In this document: positions 19,449-29,330 of the stretch, piece by piece
How the letters are laid out: each line of letters starts with the position of its first letter
Numbering within the stretch: the stretch's first letter is position 1
Notes under the pieces: generated by a model
Databases searched by the model: none
What the model saw: only the letters and a program-made list of their open reading frames with translations
What the model was told of the DNA's origin: nothing
NCBI RefSeq assembly: GCF_008065095.1
Contig: NZ_CP042911.1
Span: forward strand, 1,260,001-1,292,000
Length of the DNA: 32,000 bases
Source of the DNA: Gemmata obscuriglobus
GTDB lineage: Bacteria > Planctomycetota > Planctomycetia > Gemmatales > Gemmataceae
Direction: 5' to 3'
Translations under genes and position numbers: made by a program

Positions 19449-20186
19449 GTGATTCGCTTCAACTGTCCGCACTGCAACCGCTACTACGAACTGCACCCGG
19501 CGATGGCGAATCTCCCGCTGCTGTGCAAACAGTGCGGTGAACGCATCACGCCACCGGAAGCCGTGCCGGAGCCGCCACCGCCCGCACCCGTGCCGGCAAA
19601 AGCGAAACCCGTGCCGCCGGTCGCGGAAGTGGTTGCATCTCCGCCGAGGCCCGAGCCGGTTGTGAAGCCGCTCGGGACGCCTTCGTCCGACGGCGGAAAG
19701 GGTGGCGTCCTGGTTGCTCAGCCGGACGTGTCACCGGACGCCGGCTTCAGCGGGGACCCAACGCCTGCGAGCCCGAGTGACATCAGCCGGCCCGAAGCTG
19801 CCGTGCCGAGCGATCCGAAGCGCCCAGGTCCAGCAACGCCCGTGGGCGAGCCGCTCCCCGCTCCGGCGGAGCGGCGCCGGAAACGGCCCGTCAAGGTCGA
19901 GCCGGAGGCCCCACCCGCGACGAAGAGCGCCGCGACACGGCTTCCCTTTATTGCGGACCTGGTTGCGTTCGTGGTGCTGGTTGGGAGCGGGATGCTCCTG
20001 GGCGAACTTCTCGTGCGGAAGTCCACCGGGCAAGTGCTGTCCGAAGCCGGATCGGCGCCGAAGTTCCCGCCCGTCGAGTTGTTGCTCTGGGCCGCGCCGC
20101 CGGTGATGCTCGCGCTCGTGTACCTGCTGCTCAGCGGGCGCCAGCAAAGCTTCGGGGCGTGGGTGCGGCGCCGGGCTGCCAAATAG
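19449..20186 (+). CDS. Zinc-ribbon-like membrane protein (CxxC...CxxC N-terminus, Pro-rich linker, two C-terminal TM helices)
   Basis: A GTG at 19449 gives VIRFNCPHCNRYYELHPAMANLPLLCKQCGERI. C-terminal hydrophobic helices are LPFIADLVAFVVLVGSGMLLGELLV and LLLWAAPPVMLALVYLLLSG. The track start at 19356 is an alternative. Confidence 0.6.
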   Translation: MIRFNCPHCNRYYELHPAMANLPLLCKQCGERITPPEAVPEPPPPAPVPAKAKPVPPVAEVVASPPRPEPVVKPLGTPSSDGGKGGVLVAQPDVSPDAGFSGDPTPASPSDISRPEAAVPSDPKRPGPATPVGEPLPAPAERRRKRPVKVEPEAPPATKSAATRLPFIADLVAFVVLVGSGMLLGELLVRKSTGQVLSEAGSAPKFPPVELLLWAAPPVMLALVYLLLSGRQQSFGAWVRRRAAK

Positions 20187-20250
20187 AAGGCGTCGAAAGG
20201 ACGGTGACCGTTTCCGCCTCTTCGACGCACGGCTTCGAATTGCTCTGTTG

Positions 20251-21111
20251 TTAGCGCGGGCGCCCGGCTTCGGCCGCGATGGAGGGGCGGCGCCCGGTGG
20301 TGCTGATCGGCGGCAGCTCCGACGCACTCCCCGGGCTCACCTGGTGCGCCCGGACGACGAGCACGCGCTGACGCGGGTGCCCGTTCGCCTGAACCCCGAA
20401 CAGCGCGGCCCCGATCGTGTCGGGTTGGTCCGATCGGCACCCGATCAAAAGGTACTCGTTGCGGCCCAGGGGTACGTCGAACGCGAGTGCCGGGTACGGC
20501 GCAAGGGGCACCCCTTCGTGCTTAACGAGTTCCGTGCCGTCGGCCGACGGGCGGAGCCATTCCTGCTTCACACCGTGCTGGATCTGGGGCTCGCAGGACA
20601 CACGCACTCGCTGGTCCGGGAGCGGTTCCGGGCGCACCAGCACCCCGCACCGGGTCTGTTTCAGCACCACCGTTGTGCGCCGGCCCGCCAGGTCCGCCAG
20701 GAGCCCGAACTCGCTTTGTTCGTGCGGGCCGCTGGTGGGCAGCACCTCTTCCTTCCGGTTGGCGAACGTCAGGCGGCGCCCGAGTGGCGACTCCGAGTCC
20801 GACTCGAGCAGCGTTTGGAACTTGGACGGGAGCGTGCCCGCGAGCACGCCGACCCGCAACCCGTTCTCGCTCAGGAGCACCTGCGTTTCCGGTGCCCCGA
20901 CCGGGCGGGCCGTGGCCCACAGGTCGCGGTCGAGGAACCGGTCCCCGAGGGGCCGCTCGAGGATGACGTACTCCAGGCACGTGCCCTCGGCCTGCTGGAC
21001 CGGTGCGAGCGAGCGAGCGACCGAGGTCGCCGGAGCGCGGTCGCCGCGGGCGAGGAAACACCCGCTCGCAGCCGCGCACCCGAGTACGATCACGAAACAC
21101 GCCCGCCGCAT
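20251..21111 (-). CDS. Hypothetical lipoprotein
   Basis: The ATG at 21111 gives MRRACFVIVLGCAAASGC, a signal with lipobox-like Cys residues. Composition is coding-like and no domain is recognised. Confidence 0.65.
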   Translation of the reverse strand: MRRACFVIVLGCAAASGCFLARGDRAPATSVARSLAPVQQAEGTCLEYVILERPLGDRFLDRDLWATARPVGAPETQVLLSENGLRVGVLAGTLPSKFQTLLESDSESPLGRRLTFANRKEEVLPTSGPHEQSEFGLLADLAGRRTTVVLKQTRCGVLVRPEPLPDQRVRVSCEPQIQHGVKQEWLRPSADGTELVKHEGVPLAPYPALAFDVPLGRNEYLLIGCRSDQPDTIGAALFGVQANGHPRQRVLVVRAHQVSPGSASELPPISTTGRRPSIAAEAGRPR

Positions 21112-21193
21112 CGGTACCGAGCCCACCGCCAGACAAAGGTTTCCGGGGGCATACCCGCGCCGCGGGCGGTGGTCAACCCCGGTCTAACGCGGC

Positions 21194-21988
21194 TCAGTAC
21201 TTCGCCAGATCCCCGCCCTTGCCCAGCCCCAACCCGTCCACGACCTGTTTCGCGCCGTCGGCCATGAACTTGAGCTCGCTGTTGACCGCGACGAACTGCC
21301 ACCCGTCCGCGATGCGCGCCTTCGCCTCCTCGATGCTGAACGTGTGGATCCCGGCCGGCACGCCGATCCGTTTCGCGCCCGCGAGGATGTCGGCCAGCGC
21401 CTGCTGGAACACGTCCGCCGCCGGCGGCCGGCCGGTGGGGTCGCGCATGCTCGCCGCGAGGTCGTTCGGCCCGACGAACACCGCGTCCACCCCGGGCACG
21501 GAGTACACCTCGTCGAAGTTGCGCACGGCCTGGATGTGCTCGCACTGGAGCACGACCAGGATCTCGTCGTTCGCCTTCGCGTAGTACTCCACGGGGGAGG
21601 CGCCGAAGTTGAGCGCGTGAACGCTCCCGCCCACGCTCCGCGTCCCGAACGGCGGGTACAGGCACGCGCTGACCGCGTCCTGCGCTTCCTGGCGGGTACA
21701 CACCATCGGCACGACGACCCCGAACCCGCCGTTGTCGAGCACCCGCTTGATGTGGTCGTGCCGGTTCGACGGGACGCGGACCAGCGGCACGCACCCCGCG
21801 TCCGCGATGGACGCGATCATGTGCGTGGTGGTCTCGACGTTCACCAGCGAGTGCTCGACATCCACGGTGAGCCAGTCGAACCCGGCCCGGGCGAGGAACC
21901 GGGCCGCGGTGATGTTGCCCAGGGAGAGCCAGGTGCCGACGCTCGGCTGGCCGGCCTTCAAGAGCCGCTTGACGGGGTTGGTGCGCAT
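21194..21988 (-). CDS. HpcH/HpaI family aldolase (2-keto-3-deoxy-acid aldolase type)
   Basis: Family-typical blocks: GTWLSLGN, FDWLTVDVEHS, PLVRVP, GVVVPMV, LVVLQCEH, GVDAVFVGPNDLA. Confidence 0.85.
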   Translation of the reverse strand: MRTNPVKRLLKAGQPSVGTWLSLGNITAARFLARAGFDWLTVDVEHSLVNVETTTHMIASIADAGCVPLVRVPSNRHDHIKRVLDNGGFGVVVPMVCTRQEAQDAVSACLYPPFGTRSVGGSVHALNFGASPVEYYAKANDEILVVLQCEHIQAVRNFDEVYSVPGVDAVFVGPNDLAASMRDPTGRPPAADVFQQALADILAGAKRIGVPAGIHTFSIEEAKARIADGWQFVAVNSELKFMADGAKQVVDGLGLGKGGDLAKY

Positions 21989-22093
21989 GGGGCGTTCCGG
22001 GAGATCGGGTTACGCACCTGTTGTATCCGCGATCGCGGACACCGACGTGTGAGCCGGCGCCGGTCCGGAGTGCGTTTTAGAGCGAGAGCGGCG

Positions 22094-22978
22094 CTACTTC
22101 ACGTCCAGAACGTAGATGTCGCTCCCGCCGCCGCGGGTGGACACGAACGCCAGCTTCTTCCCGTCGGGCGCCCACGCGGGCGACGTGTCCTGCGCCTTGT
22201 GACCGGTCAGGTTCCGCAACGCTTTGCCATCGGCCGTCATCAGCCAAATGTCGTAGTTGCCGGAGCGGTTGGAAGCGAACGCGATTCGCTCGCCGTCCGG
22301 GTGCCACACCGGCCACGAGTCGAGGAACTCGCCGTCCGTCAGCTTCTGCACGCCGGTGCCGTCCGCGCTCATGACGTGGATCTTCTGTCGCCCGCTGCGC
22401 CCGCTGGCGAACGCGACCCGTTTCCCGTCCGGGGACCACGCGGGGTGCAGGTCGTAAGCGGGGTCGTTGGTGAGCCGCCTCTCGCCCTTGCCCCCGGCTG
22501 TGACGGCGTACAGGTCGGGGTTCTTGTTCCGCGTCGAGACCCACAGCACCGTTTTTCCGTCGGGCGAGAACCGCGGCGACTCCTCGAACGCCTTGTGCGG
22601 GATGAGGGTCTGGTTGTCGCTCCCGTCCGCGGCGCACACGTCGATCCGGAGCTTGCCGTCGGTGCCTTCGAGCTTGTCGTACACGTAAACGATGCGCGTG
22701 CCGTCGGGCGAGTAGTGGCCGTCGAAGTGCGGCTCGGTGTGCCCGGGGAGCAGGCGCTTCATTTCGCCGCCCGCGGCGGGCATGATCCAGAGGGCCATTT
22801 TCCCTTCGTGGATGCGCGTGAGCAGCAGGGTTTTCCCGTCCGGGGACCACTGCACGTTCTGCTTGAAGCTCCCGTCCTTGGTCAGACGCACCGGGGCGTT
22901 CTCGTCGCCTCGCGCCCGGGACACGGTCCCGGGCGCGCACACAAGGGTCGCGAGGAACAGGGGCACACACCGGCGCAT
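22094..22978 (-). CDS. TolB-like beta-propeller protein (PD40/WD40-like repeats), secreted
   Basis: Repeated SPDGK/SPDG motifs: WSPDGKTLL, YSPDGTRIVY, FSPDGKTVLW, WSPDGKRVAF, HPDGERIAF, WAPDGKKLAF. The ATG at 22978 gives the signal MRRCVPLFLATLVCAPG. A GTG at 23014 overlapping the upstream stop codon is an alternative start. Confidence 0.8.
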   Translation of the reverse strand: MRRCVPLFLATLVCAPGTVSRARGDENAPVRLTKDGSFKQNVQWSPDGKTLLLTRIHEGKMALWIMPAAGGEMKRLLPGHTEPHFDGHYSPDGTRIVYVYDKLEGTDGKLRIDVCAADGSDNQTLIPHKAFEESPRFSPDGKTVLWVSTRNKNPDLYAVTAGGKGERRLTNDPAYDLHPAWSPDGKRVAFASGRSGRQKIHVMSADGTGVQKLTDGEFLDSWPVWHPDGERIAFASNRSGNYDIWLMTADGKALRNLTGHKAQDTSPAWAPDGKKLAFVSTRGGGSDIYVLDVK

Positions 22979-23010
22979 AACTTCTCCCCTCATACCGGCG
23001 GCAAGTGGCG

Positions 23011-24366
23011 TCACTCCGCGGTCCCGGCGAACCCGAGCAGCGACCGCGTCATCGGCCCGCCGGCCACCAAAAGCTCGGCCAACGCGCCCTCAATGTGCCG
23101 GTCGGTGACGGTCAGCGCCGGCCCGGCGCTGGCCGATTCTGCGGACAGCACCGCGGCCTTGCGGAGCAGTTCGCGGATGAACGCCGCGCTCACCCCTTTG
23201 GTGCGCCGCACCCACACGCCCGGATCGGCGAACTGGAGCACCAGCCCCTTGCTGTAGAGGTCGAACAGGCGCGCGCGGCACGCCTCGTCCGGCAGCGGCA
23301 CCTCAATGGCGAGGTCCACGCGGCCGGGGCGCGCGGCCAGTGCCGGTTCCAGGTAGTCGGGCCGGTTGGTGGTCAGCACGAACAGCACGTCGGCGTCCTC
23401 GCCCAGCCCGTCCATCTGGTTCAGCAGTTCGAACAGGACCGAGTTCGCCCCGACGGACTGCTGCCCGCGCTCGGCGCCGATCAGGTCCACGTCCTCGAGG
23501 ATGAGGGTGGCCGGCTCGAGCAGCCGGGCGAGCGCGCAAGCGGTCTCGATCGAGCCGACCGCCCCGCCGGTGATGACCAGCACCGTGCGCCCGGGCATCT
23601 GGGCGGCAAGGTACATGGCGGACAGCGTCTTGCCGGTCCCGGGCTTGCCGTGCAGCAGGATCCCGCGCTTCAGGTGCCGGCCGGCGGCCTTGAGCCGGGC
23701 CGCGTGCCGGCTCAGGCCCATCGTTTGGCGCTCGATGCGGGCCAGCAGCTCTTCGGGCAGGATCACCGACTCGCGGTTCACGTTCGGCAGCCGGTGGAAC
23801 CGCACGGTTGCGGCCCCGGAGCAATCTTGCTCGACCGACAGCACCTTGCCGCGGAACGCGGCGCCGTGCCGCACCCCGGCGGCGAGCCTGCGGGTGAACC
23901 GCTCGGCGGCCTCGCGGTCCGGGGCCAGTACCGCGACATCCAGCCCCTTGTCCGACCGGTACGTGTCCTCGTCGGCCACGAGGAGCGCCAGCGGCCGGCC
24001 CTCGGAGTGGAACGTGTACAGCCCTTGCTTGACGCACGCCAGCTTCTGCTCGTCGGCCAGTTGCACGTCCACGTACTGGACCGGCCCGGCTTGAAAGTTC
24101 TTGGCCGTCTCCTTGTGGGTCAGTTTCGCGAGCGACAGACCGGCGTACCGCTCCGCGAGCACCCCGACGAGCGCCGCCGCCGGCGCGGACTCACGGAGCA
24201 ACTCGTCGAGCGTGAGGTGCAGGTTGGCGCGGTCGTAGTTCGGAAACGTCTGTTCGACGACGGGCAGTTTGGACGGGTCGGTTCCGAAGTGCTTGCGGAG
24301 CCTTGCGAGCAGGGGCGGAGCGCTAGCCTTCCTCTTCTTCTTCGCTGACGTCTTCGATTTTGCCAT
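23011..24366 (-). CDS. AAA+ ATPase (classic AAA clade, BCS1-like LEDVD Walker B) with an about 220-aa N-terminal domain
   Basis: Walker A GILLHGKPGTGKT and Walker B LILEDVDLI. The second region of homology is VLFVLTTNRPDYLEPALAARPGRVD. The N-terminus is Lys-rich (MAKSKTSAKKKRK). Confidence 0.85.
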   Translation of the reverse strand: MAKSKTSAKKKRKASAPPLLARLRKHFGTDPSKLPVVEQTFPNYDRANLHLTLDELLRESAPAAALVGVLAERYAGLSLAKLTHKETAKNFQAGPVQYVDVQLADEQKLACVKQGLYTFHSEGRPLALLVADEDTYRSDKGLDVAVLAPDREAAERFTRRLAAGVRHGAAFRGKVLSVEQDCSGAATVRFHRLPNVNRESVILPEELLARIERQTMGLSRHAARLKAAGRHLKRGILLHGKPGTGKTLSAMYLAAQMPGRTVLVITGGAVGSIETACALARLLEPATLILEDVDLIGAERGQQSVGANSVLFELLNQMDGLGEDADVLFVLTTNRPDYLEPALAARPGRVDLAIEVPLPDEACRARLFDLYSKGLVLQFADPGVWVRRTKGVSAAFIRELLRKAAVLSAESASAGPALTVTDRHIEGALAELLVAGGPMTRSLLGFAGTAE

Positions 24367-24471
24367 GAGTTCGGGCCTGCGCGGGGGTGGGACAGTTCGC
24401 TAACGGACGCATCGACGGCCCGGGCGGTTCGCGGTCGCACCGGCTCGGGTCGGGCGCCCGACGGGCGCGCG

Positions 24472-25851
24472 TCAAAGCAGTTCCTCGATCACGCGCCCGA
24501 CGGGCGCGAGCCCCAGCCCGGTGAGCTGCTCGCTCGTGAGGCCGATCTGGTTCAGCACGGTGGCGTTCAGGTCCACCGGCGAGAGGGGGGTGTCGGCCGG
24601 CTTCGCGGCGCGGGCGTCGGAGGTGCCCACGAACCGCCCGCCCCGCACCCCGCCGCCCGCGACGAGCGCCGAGTAGCACCCGGGCCAGTGGTCGCGCCCG
24701 GCCTTATCGTTGATCCGCGGGTCGCGCCCGAACTCGCCCACCGCCAGCACCAGCGTGCTCTCCAGCATCCGGCGGTCGTGCAACTCGGTCAGAAGGGCGC
24801 TCATGGCCTGATCGAGCCACGGGGCGTGCCGGTCCTGCATGATCTGGAAGTTGCGGTAGTGGTGGTCCCAGCCGCCGTCGCCGCTGTCCTCTTCGGCCTC
24901 GACGTGGTCGGACCAGTTCACCTGGACGAACGGCACCCCGGCCTCGACCAGGCGCCGGGCGAGCAGGCACGACTGCCCGAACCGGGTGCGGCCGTAGGCG
25001 TCGCGGGTCGCGTCCGTCTCCTTCGACAGGTCGAAGCCCTCGGCCGCGCGGGCGGAGGTCAGCATCTCGAGCGCCCGCCCGCGGTAGGCGTCGAGCGCGC
25101 CCGCGGCGCCGAGTTCGGTCGCCCGTCGGTCGGCGGCGCCGAGGGCGGCGAGGAGCCGTTGCCGGTCGCCCATGCGCTCCGGCGTCAGCTCCTTCGGGAG
25201 CTGTAACGCGGGCACCTTGGTGCCGCTCACCGGGTCGTACTCGAGCCGGAACGGGTCCCACGCCGCCCCGAGGGGGCCGCCGCCCTCGCCGATGATCGCC
25301 TTCTTCCCCTGATGCAGCTTCCCGCCGACCACGAAGAACGGGTGAACGGCCGACCGGTGCCCCGCGCCGGCCAGCGCCTTCGCCACGACGGAGCCGAGCG
25401 CGGGGCGGGGCGCCCCGGCGAGCGGCTTGCCGTCCAGCCCGGTCCCGCCGGCGGCGCTGCCGGTCAGGCCGACGGTGCCCGCGATGCCGTGGTCGTTCGA
25501 CGGGGTCGTGAGGGTGCGGATCACCGACAGCTTGTCGGTCTGCCGGGCGAGTTGCGGGAACAGCTCGCAGAACCGGACGCCCGGAACGCGCGTCGGGGTG
25601 GTGCCGAACGGCCCGCGGTACTCGAGCTGCGCGTGCGGCTTGGGGTCGAACGTGTCGAGCTGGCTCGGGCCGCCCCAGAGCCACAGCAGGATGACCGCTT
25701 TCGCCCGCCCGCCGGCCTCCGCCCCGGCCGCGCGGGCGCGGAGCAGGTCGGCGAGCGACAGTCCCAGGACGGACGACGCCCCGACCTGAAGGAACGCGCG
25801 GCGGTCGAAGCTGGAGCAGGTGCGCGTGGGGCGCCGGCCGATCAGGAGCAT
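24472..25851 (-). CDS. DUF1501 (sulfatase-like) protein with a twin-arginine signal
   Basis: The ATG at 25851 gives MLLIGRRPTRTCSSFDRRAFLQVGASSVLGL (TAT motif). It is followed by LLWLWGGPSQLDTFDPKP, and by GGWDHH and GRDHW blocks typical of planctomycete DUF1501. The 782-aa track ORF is a read-through into sucD antisense. Confidence 0.85.
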   Translation of the reverse strand: MLLIGRRPTRTCSSFDRRAFLQVGASSVLGLSLADLLRARAAGAEAGGRAKAVILLWLWGGPSQLDTFDPKPHAQLEYRGPFGTTPTRVPGVRFCELFPQLARQTDKLSVIRTLTTPSNDHGIAGTVGLTGSAAGGTGLDGKPLAGAPRPALGSVVAKALAGAGHRSAVHPFFVVGGKLHQGKKAIIGEGGGPLGAAWDPFRLEYDPVSGTKVPALQLPKELTPERMGDRQRLLAALGAADRRATELGAAGALDAYRGRALEMLTSARAAEGFDLSKETDATRDAYGRTRFGQSCLLARRLVEAGVPFVQVNWSDHVEAEEDSGDGGWDHHYRNFQIMQDRHAPWLDQAMSALLTELHDRRMLESTLVLAVGEFGRDPRINDKAGRDHWPGCYSALVAGGGVRGGRFVGTSDARAAKPADTPLSPVDLNATVLNQIGLTSEQLTGLGLAPVGRVIEELL

Positions 25852-25985
25852 GGAGCCGACCTCCGGAGAGACCGCCCCATTATCGCCACGCCGGTTCGTA
25901 ACACAAGCGTACAAATGCGACGCGGCCCGGCGCCAATCAAAGGCGCCGGGCCGCGTTACCGGACCCGATACGGTCCCGGCAGCCG

Positions 25986-26900
25986 TTACTTCTTCTTGGC
26001 GATGGCCTGTTGCACGGCCGCGCCGAGATCGGCCGGCGTCGGGGCGACCACGAACCCGGCCGCCTCCAGCGCCGCGATCTTGTCCTCGGCCTTGCCGCTG
26101 CCGCCGCTCACGATCGCGCCCGCGTGGCCCATCCGGCGGCCCGGCGGGGCGGTCTGCCCGGCGATGAACGCCGCCAGCGGCTTGGTCACGTTCTTGGCCG
26201 CGTAGGCCGCCGCCGCCTCCTCCGCGGTGCCGCCGATCTCGCCGATCATCAGGATCGCCGACGTGCCCTCGTCCTTCTCGAACATCTCCAGCAGCTCGAT
26301 CTGGTTCGTGCCGATCACCGGGTCGCCGCCGATGCCCACGCAGGTGCTCTGCGGGAGCCCCAGCGCAGTGAGCTGGAACACCGCCTCGTAGGTCAGCGTC
26401 CCGGACCGGCTGATGACCCCGATGCCCTTCTCGCCGGGGCCGCACGGCTTGTGAATGTGCCCCGGCATGATCCCGATCTTGCACTGGCCCGGGGTGATGA
26501 CGCCCGGGCAGTTCGGGCCGACCAGCCGCACCCCCGGCTTGGTCTTCAGGTACCGCTTCGCCTTCGCCATGTCGAGCACCGGGATGCCCTCGGTGATGGC
26601 GACGATGAGCTGGATGCCGGCGTCCGCGGCCTCGATGATGGCCGCCGCCGCCCCGGCCGGGGGGACGAAGATCATGCTGGCGGTGGCGCCGGTGGCCTTC
26701 ACCGCGTCGGCCACGGTGTTGAACACCGGCAGCTCCTTGCCGGACTTGTCGCCCTTCCAGGTGGTGCCGCCGGCGCCGGGCTTGGTCCCGCCCACGAACT
26801 GCGTCCCGTACAGCAGGCACTGGTCCGTGTGGAACGCCCCGTGCTTGCCGGTGATGCCCTGGCAGATCACGCGGGTGGACTTGTCGACGAGGATGCTCAT
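25986..26900 (-). CDS. sucD: Succinyl-CoA synthetase subunit alpha
   Basis: [33 protein letters not shown], and the phosphohistidine loop RRMGHAGAI. Confidence 0.95.
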   Translation of the reverse strand: MSILVDKSTRVICQGITGKHGAFHTDQCLLYGTQFVGGTKPGAGGTTWKGDKSGKELPVFNTVADAVKATGATASMIFVPPAGAAAAIIEAADAGIQLIVAITEGIPVLDMAKAKRYLKTKPGVRLVGPNCPGVITPGQCKIGIMPGHIHKPCGPGEKGIGVISRSGTLTYEAVFQLTALGLPQSTCVGIGGDPVIGTNQIELLEMFEKDEGTSAILMIGEIGGTAEEAAAAYAAKNVTKPLAAFIAGQTAPPGRRMGHAGAIVSGGSGKAEDKIAALEAAGFVVAPTPADLGAAVQQAIAKKK

Positions 26901-26997
26901 TTCGGGCTCTCGGGGCGGATGTTGCGGGTGTCGGTTATTCGATTCATACGAGCGGCCGCGGCGCGCGGCGACCGCGGGGCGCGCCGGCGGCTCGCGG

Positions 26998-27951
26998 TCA
27001 GCCCTTCTCGCTGACCTCGCTCACCAGCCACTCGCCCGGGGCAGTGCCCTTCACGAGCTTCACCGTCACGGTCTTCGTGCCGGCGGGTTTGGTGAACGCC
27101 ACGGCGAAGGTCGCGTCGCCGGTCTTCGTCACGCTGAACGCGCTGGTGCCGCCGCCGAACTCGATCGCCTTGAGCACCAACTTGCTCGGGCTGTAGTCGT
27201 ACCCCTGGGCCTTGTCGCCGTCGAACGGCGGGGCCCACACCGGCCGCAGCGCCGGCACAAGCCCGCGGGCCAGCAGGGGGGCGCGGAGCGGCCGCTGCAT
27301 CGCGGTCGCGTCGGCCAGCACCTCCGCGAACGCCGACACCGCGAACTCCTGGAGCGCCTCGTCCGCGGTCGCCGCCGCCGCGCCCGGCTTCAGTTCCGCC
27401 GACGACAGCGACAGCCAGTCCACCTTCCACGCGCCGCCGAGCTTCACGAGCCGCAGCGAGTACACGCCGGCGGGCTGGAGCGCGCCGCGGAAGTACACCA
27501 CGTCCCCGGCCTGCTTGCGGTCCAGCGAGGGCGAGAACGCGCGGCCGGCGCCGGCCGCGCGGAGCCACTGCTCCGCGGCCTTCGGGCTGAGCTTGTTGGC
27601 CTTCTCGTCGTCGAACTCCCACGGCTTGCCCGCGGCGTCCAGTAGCGCCGGCGACAGGACGTCCGCCTTGGCGCTGCCCTGGCCGAGGTCGTTCAGGAAC
27701 GCGGCCGCGGCCTTTTCGGCGTCCGGCTCGACCGGGCCGAGAGTGGTCTTCGGCTCGGCCGCGGGCGCGGTCGGCGCGGTGCCCTTCTTGTCGTCGGCCT
27801 TCGGGGCGGGCTTGCCGTCGTCCTTCTTTTCGTCTTTCTTCTCGGCCGGCGCGTTCGGGGTCGATCCGCCGCACCCCGGGAGCGCGGCGAGGCCGAGCGC
27901 GACCGCCAGGAGGGCGAGCCCGGCGCCGCGGCGCGTCACGGAAGCTGTCAT
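26998..27951 (-). CDS. Hypothetical lipoprotein encoded between sucC and sucD
   Basis: The ATG at 27951 gives [29 protein letters not shown] (lipobox LPGC). A Lys/Asp/Pro-rich linker and a globular C-terminus follow. The 780-aa track ORF is a read-through across sucC in another frame. Confidence 0.7.
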   Translation of the reverse strand: MTASVTRRGAGLALLAVALGLAALPGCGGSTPNAPAEKKDEKKDDGKPAPKADDKKGTAPTAPAAEPKTTLGPVEPDAEKAAAAFLNDLGQGSAKADVLSPALLDAAGKPWEFDDEKANKLSPKAAEQWLRAAGAGRAFSPSLDRKQAGDVVYFRGALQPAGVYSLRLVKLGGAWKVDWLSLSSAELKPGAAAATADEALQEFAVSAFAEVLADATAMQRPLRAPLLARGLVPALRPVWAPPFDGDKAQGYDYSPSKLVLKAIEFGGGTSAFSVTKTGDATFAVAFTKPAGTKTVTVKLVKGTAPGEWLVSEVSEKG

Positions 27952-27986
27952 CTCGTTGGTCCTCTTCCTTCGCAGGTACGGGGCGG

Positions 27987-29198
27987 TCACTTGCTCAGCT
28001 CGACGACCAGCTTCGCGGCGCTCGTCAGGTCCGGGGCGGCCTTCAGGGTGGGCAACTCGGCGGCGGCGGCGGTCAGGATGCCGCGGGCCTTCTCGACCTC
28101 GTTGCCCTCGAGCCGGACCACCACCGGCACCTTGAAGCCCACTTCCTTCCCGGCCTTCACCAGCGCGTCGGCGATGGTCGCGCAGCTCGCGATGCCGCCG
28201 AACACGTTCACCAGAATGCCCTTCACCTTCGGATCGGAGAGGATGATGCGGAACGCCTCGACGGCGCCGGCCGCGGTCACGCCGCCGCCCACGTCGAGGA
28301 AGTTCGCCGGGCCGACGCCGTGCGCCTTCCCGTGGTAGTTGATGATGTCCATCGTGGCCATCGCCAGCCCGGCCCCGTTCACCAGGCACGCGACGGTCCC
28401 GTCGAGCTGGATGAAGTTCAGGTTCGCTTTGCCGGCGCGGATCTCGGCCGGGTTCTCCTCGCTCTCGTCGCGCAGGGCGGCGACGTCGGGGTGCCGGAAC
28501 AGGGCGTTGTCGTCGAAGTCGAACTTGGCGTCGAGCACCACCACGTCGCCGGCCTTGGTGACCGCGAGCGGGTTCACCTCCGCGAGGGTCGCGTCCTTCG
28601 CCAGGTACACCTTGGACAGCGCGAGCATGATCTGCTCGGCCTTGGCCGCCTGCTCCCCGGCGAGCCCGAGCTTGGCGGCCGTCTCCTTGGCCTGCGCCGG
28701 CTCCAGCCCGGTCTCCGGCGCGAACGGCACCTTGAAGATCAGCTCCGGGGTGTCGTGCGCCACCTTCTCGATGTCCATCCCGCCGGCCGCGGACGCCATC
28801 AGGATCGGCTGCCCGATGGCCCGGTCGAACACCACGGCGACGTAGAACTCCTGCGCCGGCTCGGCGTCGGCCTGCACGATGAGGGTGCGGATCGGCTGGC
28901 CGTCCGGCCCCGTCTGGAGCGTCTTGAGCGGGTGCTTGAGCATCGTCTCGGCGACGGCCCGGGCCTTCTCCTTGCTGGCGCAGAACTTCACCCCGCCCAG
29001 CTTGTCCGCGTACCCGACGAGCTGGCCGGCCCCGCGCCCGCCGGCGTGGATCTGCGCCTTCACCATGACCCCGCCGCCGTTGGCGAGTTTGTCGAACGCC
29101 GCGGCCACCTCGTCGGGCGTCTTGCAGACGATGTGCTTGGGGACGTTCGCGCCCGCGGCGGCGAGCAGTTCCTTGGCCTGGTACTCGTGAACCTTCAT
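27987..29198 (-). CDS. sucC: Succinyl-CoA synthetase subunit beta (ATP-grasp)
   Basis: MKVHEYQAKELL, VVKAQIHAGGRGAG-type block (VMVKAQIHAGGRGAG), NGAGLAMATMD, GGIASCA. Confidence 0.95.
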   Translation of the reverse strand: MKVHEYQAKELLAAAGANVPKHIVCKTPDEVAAAFDKLANGGGVMVKAQIHAGGRGAGQLVGYADKLGGVKFCASKEKARAVAETMLKHPLKTLQTGPDGQPIRTLIVQADAEPAQEFYVAVVFDRAIGQPILMASAAGGMDIEKVAHDTPELIFKVPFAPETGLEPAQAKETAAKLGLAGEQAAKAEQIMLALSKVYLAKDATLAEVNPLAVTKAGDVVVLDAKFDFDDNALFRHPDVAALRDESEENPAEIRAGKANLNFIQLDGTVACLVNGAGLAMATMDIINYHGKAHGVGPANFLDVGGGVTAAGAVEAFRIILSDPKVKGILVNVFGGIASCATIADALVKAGKEVGFKVPVVVRLEGNEVEKARGILTAAAAELPTLKAAPDLTSAAKLVVELSK

Positions 29199-29330
29199 CG
29201 CGTTTAGCTCCGGCGGGTGTGCGGGGTTGTGAAGTTATAGCGGCGGGCGCCGGCAGAAGGGAGGGGCCGGGCGCCGGCCCGCGCCGGCGGGCAGTGGCAC
29301 GCGGGCCGCGTTTGTGCTTCAATAGCCCCC

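Noticed and set aside
23560-23600. The Walker B sequence LILEDVD of the AAA+ ATPase as an inactivating ED swap
   Set aside because: An LEDxD Walker B is normal for the BCS1-like branch of classic AAA proteins, so this is not evidence of inactivation.
24472-26820. 782-aa ORF on the minus strand
   Set aside because: It is a read-through. The DUF1501 protein starts at the ATG at 25851 with a TAT signal. The upstream part overlaps sucD in another frame and has Arg/Gly-rich shadow composition.
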